Source: a virus
Taxonomy: Duplodnaviria > Caudoviricetes
IMG/VR virus record: IMGVR_UViG_3300037467_000326
Coordinates: 1 to 28,966 of that record
Reading direction: 5' to 3' (one strand)
DNA: 28,966 nucleotides
Part shown: positions 8,473 through 15,250 of the stretch, piece by piece
Layout: each line of letters starts with the position of its first letter
Position numbering within the stretch: position 1 is the first letter of the stretch
Notes under the pieces: model-generated
The model's input: only the letters and a program-made list of their open reading frames with translations
Databases searched by the model: none
Told to the model about the DNA's origin: nothing
Translations under genes and position numbers: made by a program

Positions 8473-10034
8473 GCAAGATTCGTAACTATGACATCGACTT
8501 GCTGACCTTCTGGATTGCTGAGCCGGGGTTCATTCTTGGTGAGGGAATCCTTGGTGTGAACAAGCTTGGTGGCGACCAAACGGCAGTACAGATTGACATT
8601 GGTGAGTTCTACAGCATGACCATTGATTCACCAAACACTACAGACGGCATCTTTGTGCATCGAGAGGTGCGCAGGCTCACCCTGAATGCAAAGGTAACTG
8701 CACCAATCAATTATGACGGCAAGCGCATCATCGTTAAGTATGACGACATTGAAGAGTTCTATGGGACTGTACGTGAGTACGACGTTCAGGAGTCATGGAC
8801 TGATGCTGTCAATACTCCTGAGGGGCTTCCTTATCGTGAGTACACGGTCAGCATTGTTGCCATGTCTGGTGAGGAGCGCTTTGCAAACACTCCTACACCA
8901 GACAAGAACTTCAATGGTCAGACGATGACTGACAGAGTTACAAGCTATCTCGGTACCAGCACCTACCTACAGATTCCAGATTCTGCTAGAGACATCAACT
9001 ATGGCCTTGCAGCGAATGCGCAAACTGCCAGTGTTGGGCATCTGGTTTATGCGTCAGATGACATGCCAAGCCTGCTTGAGTCCATCAGGAGCGAAATGCG
9101 CCTGATGAACTATCACTACATCTACGAGCCATGGAATTCCAACGTCATCCTGAGAACTAACTCACGATGGCTAGGACCAGATGGGGCAGACGAGTCAACC
9201 GCTCTCACCTTTACCGATAACCCGGCTGACATTGTTGTCACTGGTGGAGATAGCTTTGTTCATGACGGCAACGTCGTTGGCTATACCCAGCGCTCCCTTG
9301 GCAAGAACAGCAGTTACTTCATCAAGGGTGTGACTATCACAATGACCGACAGCAGTGATGTGACAACAACGTACGGACCATACCGGGCATCATCAGCATT
9401 CCCTCAGGATATTGACATCAACATTGGGCGTCAGTCTTCTGCTGGAGAAGCCTTGGCTAAGAAGATTGCTTCCACCTTGCCTCTAAGGTCTAAGGAGCAG
9501 CAGTTCACCTACAGAATCCGCACCAAGCTTCAGTCACGTAAGCAGATGGGTCTTGATGGTGAGGGACCGGGTATGGCGGTACTGAAGTCACAAGGTGTTA
9601 CCAGTCGCATTGCCATTCTTGGAGTGACTCATGTGGTCACCAGAGATGAATGGACTGTTGAATACGCATGTGGACCTGAGCACCTCATTTCACGCGAGTC
9701 AGACAAGCAGCCGTTCATTGTTACGGACTTCTCTGTGACTGAGAACGTGCCAGGAGTCCAGTGGAAGTTCGAATGGACAACTCCAGACCTGAATTCCAAC
9801 GTGCCGCTGTACGCAATCATTTACAGCAGTGGACCTGATGGGGTTGGACCTGGAGAGATTTACCGTGGGGCTGCAAAGGCACCGGGTGTAGTGGAAGACA
9901 TCTTCATCAGTGGTTTCGCGTCAGGCTTCTACACGTTCTATGTGTACTACACCAATAACCCGACTGCTGGTGACTACTCGATTAGCTACATCTACAGTCC
10001 GGGCTCAGCATCGCAGACGCTACTAATTTTCTAA
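8469..10034 (+). CDS. Tail tip/minor tail protein with C-terminal FN3-like beta domain
   Basis: Follows tape measure with ATGA overlap; GFILGEGILG N-terminal motif. Confidence 0.75.
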   Translation: MSKIRNYDIDLLTFWIAEPGFILGEGILGVNKLGGDQTAVQIDIGEFYSMTIDSPNTTDGIFVHREVRRLTLNAKVTAPINYDGKRIIVKYDDIEEFYGTVREYDVQESWTDAVNTPEGLPYREYTVSIVAMSGEERFANTPTPDKNFNGQTMTDRVTSYLGTSTYLQIPDSARDINYGLAANAQTASVGHLVYASDDMPSLLESIRSEMRLMNYHYIYEPWNSNVILRTNSRWLGPDGADESTALTFTDNPADIVVTGGDSFVHDGNVVGYTQRSLGKNSSYFIKGVTITMTDSSDVTTTYGPYRASSAFPQDIDINIGRQSSAGEALAKKIASTLPLRSKEQQFTYRIRTKLQSRKQMGLDGEGPGMAVLKSQGVTSRIAILGVTHVVTRDEWTVEYACGPEHLISRESDKQPFIVTDFSVTENVPGVQWKFEWTTPDLNSNVPLYAIIYSSGPDGVGPGEIYRGAAKAPGVVEDIFISGFASGFYTFYVYYTNNPTAGDYSISYIYSPGSASQTLLIF

Positions 10035-10051
10035 CAAAGGAGGAATTATGC

Positions 10052-10669
10052 ATGACATTTATTGATTTTACAGACGGCAACATCTTTGACGAAGCAGCAG
10101 CGGATGTCTTGATGCGTCAGACCAATATCCATTTGCCAACTACCGCCGACATTACGTCACAGCTTGGCAGCGGTATTCGAACGTTGGGCATGACTGCATG
10201 GGCTGACGATGTGGAGACTATGTACATGTGGAATGGCACCAATTGGATTCCATGGGCAAGCACAGAGAAGACATCATCAGTTGGCTTCACAGCAGGAGGA
10301 ACGAACATCACTTTCGGCAACGCAACTGTTTCTCAGAAGTGGCGCTACTCAGGCGGCATGGTCAAGTGGAACTACCAGTTCACACAAGGCAGCACAAGCA
10401 ACATGCAGTCCGGTAACTATGCTCTATCCCTACCCGTTGCGGTTCATGCTGACCAGCAATTCGGCGTATTGGGACAAGTCAGCTTCTATGACTCAAGCGC
10501 AACAACGATGTATGGCCGTATTGCTGTCAATCTTGGTAACACAACCAATATGGCTATGGTGTCTGAGGGTGGTGTACGTATGTCCACAACGAACCCAATT
10601 GCACCTGGTGTTGGTGACGTATTGAGCATCAGCTTGCTATATAGACCAGCAGTAGGCGCGTTCCTGTGA
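10052..10669 (+). CDS. Minor tail / probable receptor-binding protein
   Basis: Beta-rich, MYMWNGTNW, GNYALSLPV; strong AGGAGG RBS. Confidence 0.7.
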   Translation: MTFIDFTDGNIFDEAAADVLMRQTNIHLPTTADITSQLGSGIRTLGMTAWADDVETMYMWNGTNWIPWASTEKTSSVGFTAGGTNITFGNATVSQKWRYSGGMVKWNYQFTQGSTSNMQSGNYALSLPVAVHADQQFGVLGQVSFYDSSATTMYGRIAVNLGNTTNMAMVSEGGVRMSTTNPIAPGVGDVLSISLLYRPAVGAFL

Positions 10670-10752
10670 CAGAAGAGCAACTGAAGCTAGTAGCAGCAGC
10701 ACTCTTGCTGGGAATGGTTATCAGGATGCTGACAGACAAGGATGATGAATGA
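10666..10752 (+). CDS. 28-aa hydrophobic peptide MTEEQLKLVAAALLLGMVIRMLTDKDDE
   Basis: GTGA overlap with upstream stop; unit B copy differs only by two synonymous changes. Confidence 0.6.
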   Translation: MTEEQLKLVAAALLLGMVIRMLTDKDDE

Positions 10753-10776
10753 CTTCTTCTAACTCTCCGGAAGAAG

Positions 10777-10818
10777 GGCAGACTCTCACTTAGAAATAGG
10801 TGGGAGTCTGTCTATTTT
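10777..10818 (+). terminator. Terminator of structural operon
   Basis: 16-bp stem (with G-U pairs), GAAA loop, TATTTT tail; conserved at 26271-26312. Confidence 0.8.
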
Positions 10819-10826
10819 GACAGCCT

Positions 10827-10835
10827 TGATACGAT
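10827..10835 (+). promoter_or_regulatory. Extended -10 promoter reading across attP
   Basis: TGaTACGAT right after the terminator; identical in unit B. Confidence 0.6.
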
Positions 10836-10854
10836 TGAGCCTCAATATCCCTTC

Positions 10855-10984
10855 GAGAGATGAACCTACACGCTGATGTCTCGTACCTACTCAGTTCAAA
10901 CTTTCGGGTGCCAGATGAACGTCCACGACTCCGAGCGGCTCCGCGGGCTGCTGGACGTGTAAATAACGTGTGGATTCATCTCTC
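10855..10984. other. attP region A bracketed by an 18-bp inverted repeat
   Basis: GAGAGATGAACCTACACG (10855-10872) vs CGTGTGGATTCATCTCTC (10967-10984), 16/18, enclosing a host gene fragment next to the integrase. Confidence 0.8.
10876..10962 (+). other. miaB: 5' fragment of host miaB (replacement N-terminus)
   Basis: [28 protein letters not shown], the MiaB N-terminal GCQMN signature; last 19 sense codons all end in G/C. Confidence 0.9.
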
Positions 10985-11002
10985 AGACGTTCTGAGAGGT
11001 GA
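10976..11002 (+). promoter_or_regulatory. Hairpin occluding integrase RBS
   Basis: TCATCTCTCAGA-cgt-TCTGAGAGGTGA; SD GAGGTG in the 3' arm; ATG at 11005. Confidence 0.7.
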
Positions 11003-11004
11003 GC

Positions 11005-11760
11005 ATGACAATCAGACAGAAGCTCTATCAACAAGCTATGGAGCGAGGTCTACGTCAGACCACTGTCCGCAGTTACGAGACGCTATTAGGCCGACTGGGC
11101 GTCTTGGACCTGGACTACATCAGTCCAGATGACCTGTATGAGCGGCTGTACCGCATCGACAACCCCAATACCCGTAGGGCTGCTGTCATTGCCTGCCGTT
11201 CTGTTTTGGGCATCAAGCTCAAGATTCCCAAGGGTGTCCCGCGCAAGTACAACCTTCCTGATGAGGACACGCTCCGTCTTGCTCTGATGACAAGCCCGCA
11301 TGAAATCCGGGGTTTGTTGATGATGTACGGAGGACTCCGCATTGGTGAGGCATGCGCAACCGTCAACACAGATGCCAACGGAGACCAATTGGCGGTTACA
11401 CGCCAGGTCATCCAGCTACACAAGACGGGTGAGCCCACTGTCACTCGGATAGCCCCGGTCAAAACGACAGAGGGAGCTATCACCATCCCGTATTGGCTCT
11501 CTGAGCGACTTTCAGGAGTCACAGAGACTGCCAAGCCTGACAGTGTGCGAGAGAGCCTCAGAAGGGCAGGAATCAAGGTTGGGATAGCTCTCAACCCGCA
11601 CATGCTCCGCCACTGGTACGCAACAACTCTCCTTGAGCGAGGGCTTCCTTTCAGTCTTGTCTCAAAGCAGATGCGTCACTCTGACATTGCAGTCACGCTC
11701 AGGACGTATTCACAGACCAAGAGCAGTGATGTGCACCGGGTCTTTGGGGAGTCGCTATGA
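11005..11760 (+). CDS. int: Compact tyrosine integrase A
   Basis: GLRIGE (R), VKT (K), HMLRH, MRHSDIAVTLRTY (H,Y); alternative GTG start at 10999. Confidence 0.92.
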   Translation: MTIRQKLYQQAMERGLRQTTVRSYETLLGRLGVLDLDYISPDDLYERLYRIDNPNTRRAAVIACRSVLGIKLKIPKGVPRKYNLPDEDTLRLALMTSPHEIRGLLMMYGGLRIGEACATVNTDANGDQLAVTRQVIQLHKTGEPTVTRIAPVKTTEGAITIPYWLSERLSGVTETAKPDSVRESLRRAGIKVGIALNPHMLRHWYATTLLERGLPFSLVSKQMRHSDIAVTLRTYSQTKSSDVHRVFGESL

Positions 11761-11939
11761 CTCTCAGGAAGGCATCAGAGGTCTCTGTAGGTGACTTTGT
11801 GTCCATGTATGGGGCTTGGTATGAGGTATCGAGTATCAAGGCCACGTTCCACAACCCGCCGAAATTGGCGTTCACGTTTGAGAACGGCAAGACAGTCATC
11901 TTCAACCCTGAGGACGTGTTGCTATTGCTCGACATGTAA
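11757..11939 (+). CDS. Conserved 60-aa small beta-rich protein, function unknown
   Basis: ATGA overlap with int; near-identical protein in unit B with synonymous changes. Confidence 0.75.
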   Translation: MTLRKASEVSVGDFVSMYGAWYEVSSIKATFHNPPKLAFTFENGKTVIFNPEDVLLLLDM

Positions 11940-11973
11940 TCTGTAGTTGCCGGTTTCCTGTTTGCACCGGTAG

Positions 11974-12011
11974 TGGAGAACCCCAGTCAACCCCCGGCTG
12001 GGGTTCTTCCA
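11974..12011 (+). terminator. GC-rich hairpin ending the int operon
   Basis: GAACCCCAGTC...GGCTGGGGTTC; weak U tail; identical in unit B. Confidence 0.6.
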
Positions 12012-12031
12012 TGTCTAGCCTGAGAATGTAT

Positions 12032-12073
12032 TGGCACTAAGCTGCCACGTTCAAAATTGGCACTAACATGCCA
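12032..12073. promoter_or_regulatory. Two TGGCA-N6-TGCCA palindromic boxes
   Basis: 12032-12047 and 12058-12073; arms and 26-bp spacing kept in unit B while spacers differ. Confidence 0.7.
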
Positions 12074-12128
12074 TTCGCGCTTTACCATAAGTGCTGGTTA
12101 TCGGTCAGCAGCCATAACGAGAAATCCG

Positions 12129-12291
12129 TATAATGGAACATGTAAGAGACAAACACCGTGTTGGAGCAGAACACAGGAGGACTTACACCCACAGTTTTCA
12201 TTCCCTGATATGTGAATGGAGGAACCCCCGACCCTGCTCCGGTCGGGGGTTCTTCTTTTGCAAAATTCACATATCAAAGGAGCAAGCAGTA
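12129..12291 (+). promoter_or_regulatory. rep promoter (TATAAT) and structured leader with internal terminator
   Basis: Nested perfect 12-bp stems, U-tract, complementary 7-nt loops; conserved in unit B. Confidence 0.75.
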
Positions 12292-13017
12292 ATGAACATG
12301 GAAGTAAAGGCCCTATGGGCTATCAGAGACGCAAGAGGACTGAGCTACGCAGAGAAGGCCTTCCTCTTTGTCGTCGCATCAAGAGGCTGCATGACAGCCA
12401 AGTGGGACACAGCAGCAGCGGATATGGGCATGTCCAAGAACACCTACTACAAGACCCGCGATTCCCTACTAGGGAAAGGTCTCATCATCAAGGAGACCCG
12501 CTTCAACAACACAACGGTCTACGCAGTCTGCCTTGACAGTCTTCTTTCCCTCACAGGGAATGAGAATGAGAGCCCTGAGCAACCTCTTTCCCTCACAGGG
12601 AATGAGTTTTCCCCCACAGGGAATGACTTTTCCCTGTCAGGCGAAACTAAGGTAACTATTAAGGGAACTACTAAGGAAACTGATAGCGCTGTCGCTGACG
12701 CTCCAGCGCTCACCTTGCAAGAAGATGAAAGCAAGGAAGAAGAGCAAACAGTTGTTGAGACATCCTCCTTGCCTTCAGAAGGAACCCGGATTTCCTCATT
12801 CCTTGACAGGGAAACTCGCCGTAGGGAGGCAGCGGCTGCCGAAATGGCGCGGCTGGAAGAGGCAGAGCAGAACGTCTCAGAGGAAGAGCTAGAACGCAGG
12901 TCTCTTGGCAAGGATGAACGAGAGACCTACCGCGTCTTGACTAAGAAGATGCACATGAGCCATGCAGCAGCAATGGACGAAATCCAGCGACGAAGGGAGG
13001 AACCTGAGGAATGGTGA
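12292..13017 (+). CDS. Replication initiator (N-terminal HTH, internal iterons)
   Basis: LSYAEKAFL...AAADMGMSKNTYYKTRDSLLGKGLI HTH; lambda O-like layout; start by alignment to 27766. Confidence 0.8.
   Translation: MNMEVKALWAIRDARGLSYAEKAFLFVVASRGCMTAKWDTAAADMGMSKNTYYKTRDSLLGKGLIIKETRFNNTTVYAVCLDSLLSLTGNENESPEQPLSLTGNEFSPTGNDFSLSGETKVTIKGTTKETDSAVADAPALTLQEDESKEEEQTVVETSSLPSEGTRISSFLDRETRRREAAAAEMARLEEAEQNVSEEELERRSLGKDERETYRVLTKKMHMSHAAAMDEIQRRREEPEEW
12462..12681. repeat. Probable origin: palindromic iterons plus three 12-mers
   Basis: TTCCC(T/C)-N3-AGGGAA at 12462, 12546, 12588, 12609 and degenerate 12630; A(C/T)TAAGGNAACT x3 at 12646-12681. Confidence 0.8.
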
Positions 13018-13094
13018 TTGAGGATTGGGAACCAGACGAAGAGGACATCTACTGGTACTTGGTAATGCGAGAAGAGGATGGATGCTTTGACTGA
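13014..13094 (+). CDS. 26-aa acidic/aromatic peptide
   Basis: GTGA overlap with rep stop; MIEDWEPDEEDIYWYLVMREEDGCFD; frame kept in unit B. Confidence 0.5.
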   Translation: MIEDWEPDEEDIYWYLVMREEDGCFD

Positions 13095-13215
13095 AATCCG
13101 CCGGATTTTCTACTGTGACGCTGACCATGAACCAATTTCATCAACAGTCTCAGACGAATGTCCCTCTTGTGGAGAGAAGATGCGGGATATTGGCTACTTT
13201 GAATACATGTCGTGA
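13078..13215 (+). CDS. 45-aa zinc-ribbon-like protein
   Basis: FYCDADH...CPSCGEKMRDIG; conserved at 28549. Confidence 0.65.
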   Translation: MDALTEIRRIFYCDADHEPISSTVSDECPSCGEKMRDIGYFEYMS

Positions 13216-13257
13216 GATAATTGAAATACAACATCTGTCGTATATGTTGCACCTAGC

Positions 13258-13305
13258 GAAGAGCACCAGGATTTCTTGCCCTGGTGCTCTTCAATTTGGC
13301 TTTTT
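13258..13305 (+). terminator. Terminator-like hairpin
   Basis: Perfect 13-bp GAAGAGCACCAGG/CCTGGTGCTCTTC followed by T-rich tail; only the loop varies in unit B. Confidence 0.7.
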
Positions 13306-13375
13306 AAAACAAGCAATGAGATAATGAATATATGAGGTTGAAAGACCTTAAATACGCTAGGAGTAACAATGACGA

Positions 13376-13930
13376 ATGAAGACATGCAAGTTTGAGCAAG
13401 ATGGGGTTAGGTGCGAACGCAAGCACTCAGCCCGTGGTTGGTGCGCAACGCACTACCAGCAGCAGTACCTATTTGGTGAGACGTGGCCTATCGGGTCACC
13501 TGGACTCCCAAGAGGAAAGACGCTCGACACACTGGACAAGCCAAAGACCTGCCACTGTGGCAAGCCGGTAAGAAGCAAGGGCCTTTGTGCGAACCACTAT
13601 CAAAGCGAGTACTACCAGCAGGGCAAGGCTGAGCGTCGAAAGACAAACAACAAGACCTTTGTAGGCAACAAGGGTGCTCACCTACGCATCAAGGCACAGC
13701 TAGGCAAGGCAGCCAATTACCAGTGCAACAACCTGGACTGTGACAAGCAGGCTCTTGACTGGAGTCTCAATCACGATGCACAGGAGATTTACACAGGTGT
13801 TGGACTCGCGGGTATTGGGCGAGCGTTCAGCCTGGACATCTTTAGCTATGAACCCCTGTGCCGCACTTGTCATATGGAGAAGGACGGCACGCTAGGAATC
13901 AACTTCCGAAAGACCGGGGGTTCAGAATGA
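13376..13930 (+). CDS. Zn-finger repeat protein with C-terminal HNH-like domain
   Basis: Two C..C..RG(W/L)C..HY-type motifs; ALDWS...YEPLCRTCH. Confidence 0.7.
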   Translation: MKTCKFEQDGVRCERKHSARGWCATHYQQQYLFGETWPIGSPGLPRGKTLDTLDKPKTCHCGKPVRSKGLCANHYQSEYYQQGKAERRKTNNKTFVGNKGAHLRIKAQLGKAANYQCNNLDCDKQALDWSLNHDAQEIYTGVGLAGIGRAFSLDIFSYEPLCRTCHMEKDGTLGINFRKTGGSE

Positions 13931-14082
13931 TTGCCTTGCTTATCATCACAGGCCTACTGACTGGCTACCTTTTCGCCGGGGCTGTCACAGGAAAGCTAAA
14001 GCGACACAACGCAGCAAACGAATTCAGGGTCAGCGAGGAGCTACCCACAAGAACACTATTTCAAAGGAGAGTACAGAGATGA
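13927..14082 (+). CDS. 51-aa membrane protein
   Basis: MIALLIITGLLTGYLFAG hydrophobic N-terminus, basic tail; ATGA overlaps at both ends. Confidence 0.6.
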   Translation: MIALLIITGLLTGYLFAGAVTGKLKRHNAANEFRVSEELPTRTLFQRRVQR

Positions 14083-14288
14083 ACGAAACACAGGCAGACG
14101 CACTACAGCAGGCATCAGCAGAGTTGCAGGCACGTATTGATGACCTAAAGAGTCAGAAGGATGCAGCAGAGCAAGCCCTTGAGAACGTAGCAGCATTGCT
14201 CCCAGCATTTGAGGAGAAGCTTGCATCACTTAAGGACGGGCTACCAGAGGCTCAGCCAACGGTCATTGACGGAGGTGCGAGCGCATGA
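14079..14288 (+). CDS. Coiled-coil hypothetical protein
   Basis: AAGGAG RBS; heptad pattern. Confidence 0.7.
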   Translation: MNETQADALQQASAELQARIDDLKSQKDAAEQALENVAALLPAFEEKLASLKDGLPEAQPTVIDGGASA

Positions 14289-14740
14289 AGAAGACAATCA
14301 AGTACTCACTTATTGGGATTGCCGGAATCCTAGGGCTACTCACAACCATTGGAATCGTTGGTGCTATCGCGGGGGTAGACACCAAGCCTGAGGCAAAGAC
14401 AGTTGTACAGACACCAGCTGTAGCACCACAGCCAGCAAAGCCAGCGGTAAAGGCAACACCAGCAGTCAAGCCAACACCAAAGCCGAGCACAAACGCGCCG
14501 GTTACAAGAGAGGATGCCTACCTCATTGTCATGCGTCACGAATACCCACAGCTAAAGAAGACCAGTGACAAGGTATTGCTCAATGCAGGGCACTCAGTCT
14601 GCGACATGTACAAGGCTGGCTACACCTTTGAAGAAGTTGCCTACGCAGCCATTGATAGTGGCCTGGACGCACAAACAGCCGGGTTCTTGATTGGTGCATC
14701 AACAGCAGCCTTCTGCCCTCAGTACAGTGATGCCTCATGA
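14285..14740 (+). CDS. Membrane-anchored DUF732-like protein
   Basis: N-terminal TM helix, P/A/K linker, AGHSVCD...FLIGASTAAFCPQY. Confidence 0.75.
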   Translation: MKKTIKYSLIGIAGILGLLTTIGIVGAIAGVDTKPEAKTVVQTPAVAPQPAKPAVKATPAVKPTPKPSTNAPVTREDAYLIVMRHEYPQLKKTSDKVLLNAGHSVCDMYKAGYTFEEVAYAAIDSGLDAQTAGFLIGASTAAFCPQYSDAS

Positions 14741-14907
14741 ATGACGCAAAGCAACACGTCATTAAGACTCGCATTGAGTACTTGGAAGAACAGGTACGGG
14801 TCAACAACGACTACCTCAAGACCAGGCTTACGCAGGTTGCCGAGCTAGAACGAACGATTAAGAAGTTTGAGGATGAGCTAGAAGCTCTCCGAGAGGAGGA
14901 CGAATGA
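14737..14907 (+). CDS. 56-aa coiled-coil hypothetical protein
   Basis: MNDAKQHVIKTRIEYLEEQ...; ATGA overlaps at both ends. Confidence 0.65.
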   Translation: MNDAKQHVIKTRIEYLEEQVRVNNDYLKTRLTQVAELERTIKKFEDELEALREEDE

Positions 14908-15149
14908 CAACCAAGAAGACACCAGTTGAGAAGGCAGTAGAGATTCTTACTCCCTACGTCGAAGGCTCAGAGCTTTTCGATAAGCCGGAACAGGGATGGG
15001 AAGTAACCATCCAGAACGGACCAAAGAAGCTAACGCTCACGTTCGCAACTGAAGAGGAATACGTATGGTTCCGCAAGACGACAGGCGTAGTACGCAACCC
15101 AAAGCGCGTGGACCTGGACAAGGCAGTGAACCTAGTAGCAGTGCAGTGA
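14904..15149 (+). CDS. Hypothetical protein
   Basis: AGGAGG RBS, 81 aa. Confidence 0.65.
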   Translation: MTTKKTPVEKAVEILTPYVEGSELFDKPEQGWEVTIQNGPKKLTLTFATEEEYVWFRKTTGVVRNPKRVDLDKAVNLVAVQ

Positions 15150-15171
15150 GCCTTATGGCTCTAGCAAGACC

Positions 15172-15213
15172 AGAGGCAGCCAGCAAATACCGTGAACATA
15201 GCTGGCTGCCTCT
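15172..15213. other. Perfect 13-bp inverted repeat before the HNH gene
   Basis: AGAGGCAGCCAGC-N16-GCTGGCTGCCTCT. Confidence 0.65.
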
Positions 15214-15250
15214 TGCACGAATAGCGCGGGTTATCAGAGAGGAGGTACCA

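Noticed and set aside
10052-10669. Diversity-generating retroelement acting on the tail gene
   Set aside because: No reverse transcriptase or template repeat; A/B differences are not adenine-specific
10817-10835. TTGACA as -35 for TACGAT
   Set aside because: Spacer is only 7 bp; an extended -10 explains the site better
10860-11132. 90-aa ORF across attP A
   Set aside because: Off-frame to both the miaB fragment and integrase; no counterpart in B
12099-12120. PafBC-type damage promoter (TGTCGG-N10-TA-N3-T)
   Set aside because: Reads TATCGG-N10-TAACGA with mismatches at key positions and is weaker in B; no LexA box seen either
12133-12291. 53-aa N-terminal extension of Rep in the ORF track
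   Set aside because: A 2-nt indel breaks the frame in unit B; the ATG overlaps the -10; a good SD precedes 12292
12545-12645. CRISPR-like short repeat array
   Set aside because: No unique spacers, lies in frame within rep, no cas genes; fits iterons
13115-13324. 69-aa ORF and overlapping minus ORFs after rep
   Set aside because: They cross the terminator hairpin; two shorter coupled ORFs (13014, 13078) explain the region better
15065-15250. N-terminal extension of the HNH gene
   Set aside because: Overlaps the previous gene and a hairpin; strong SD precedes ATG 15251
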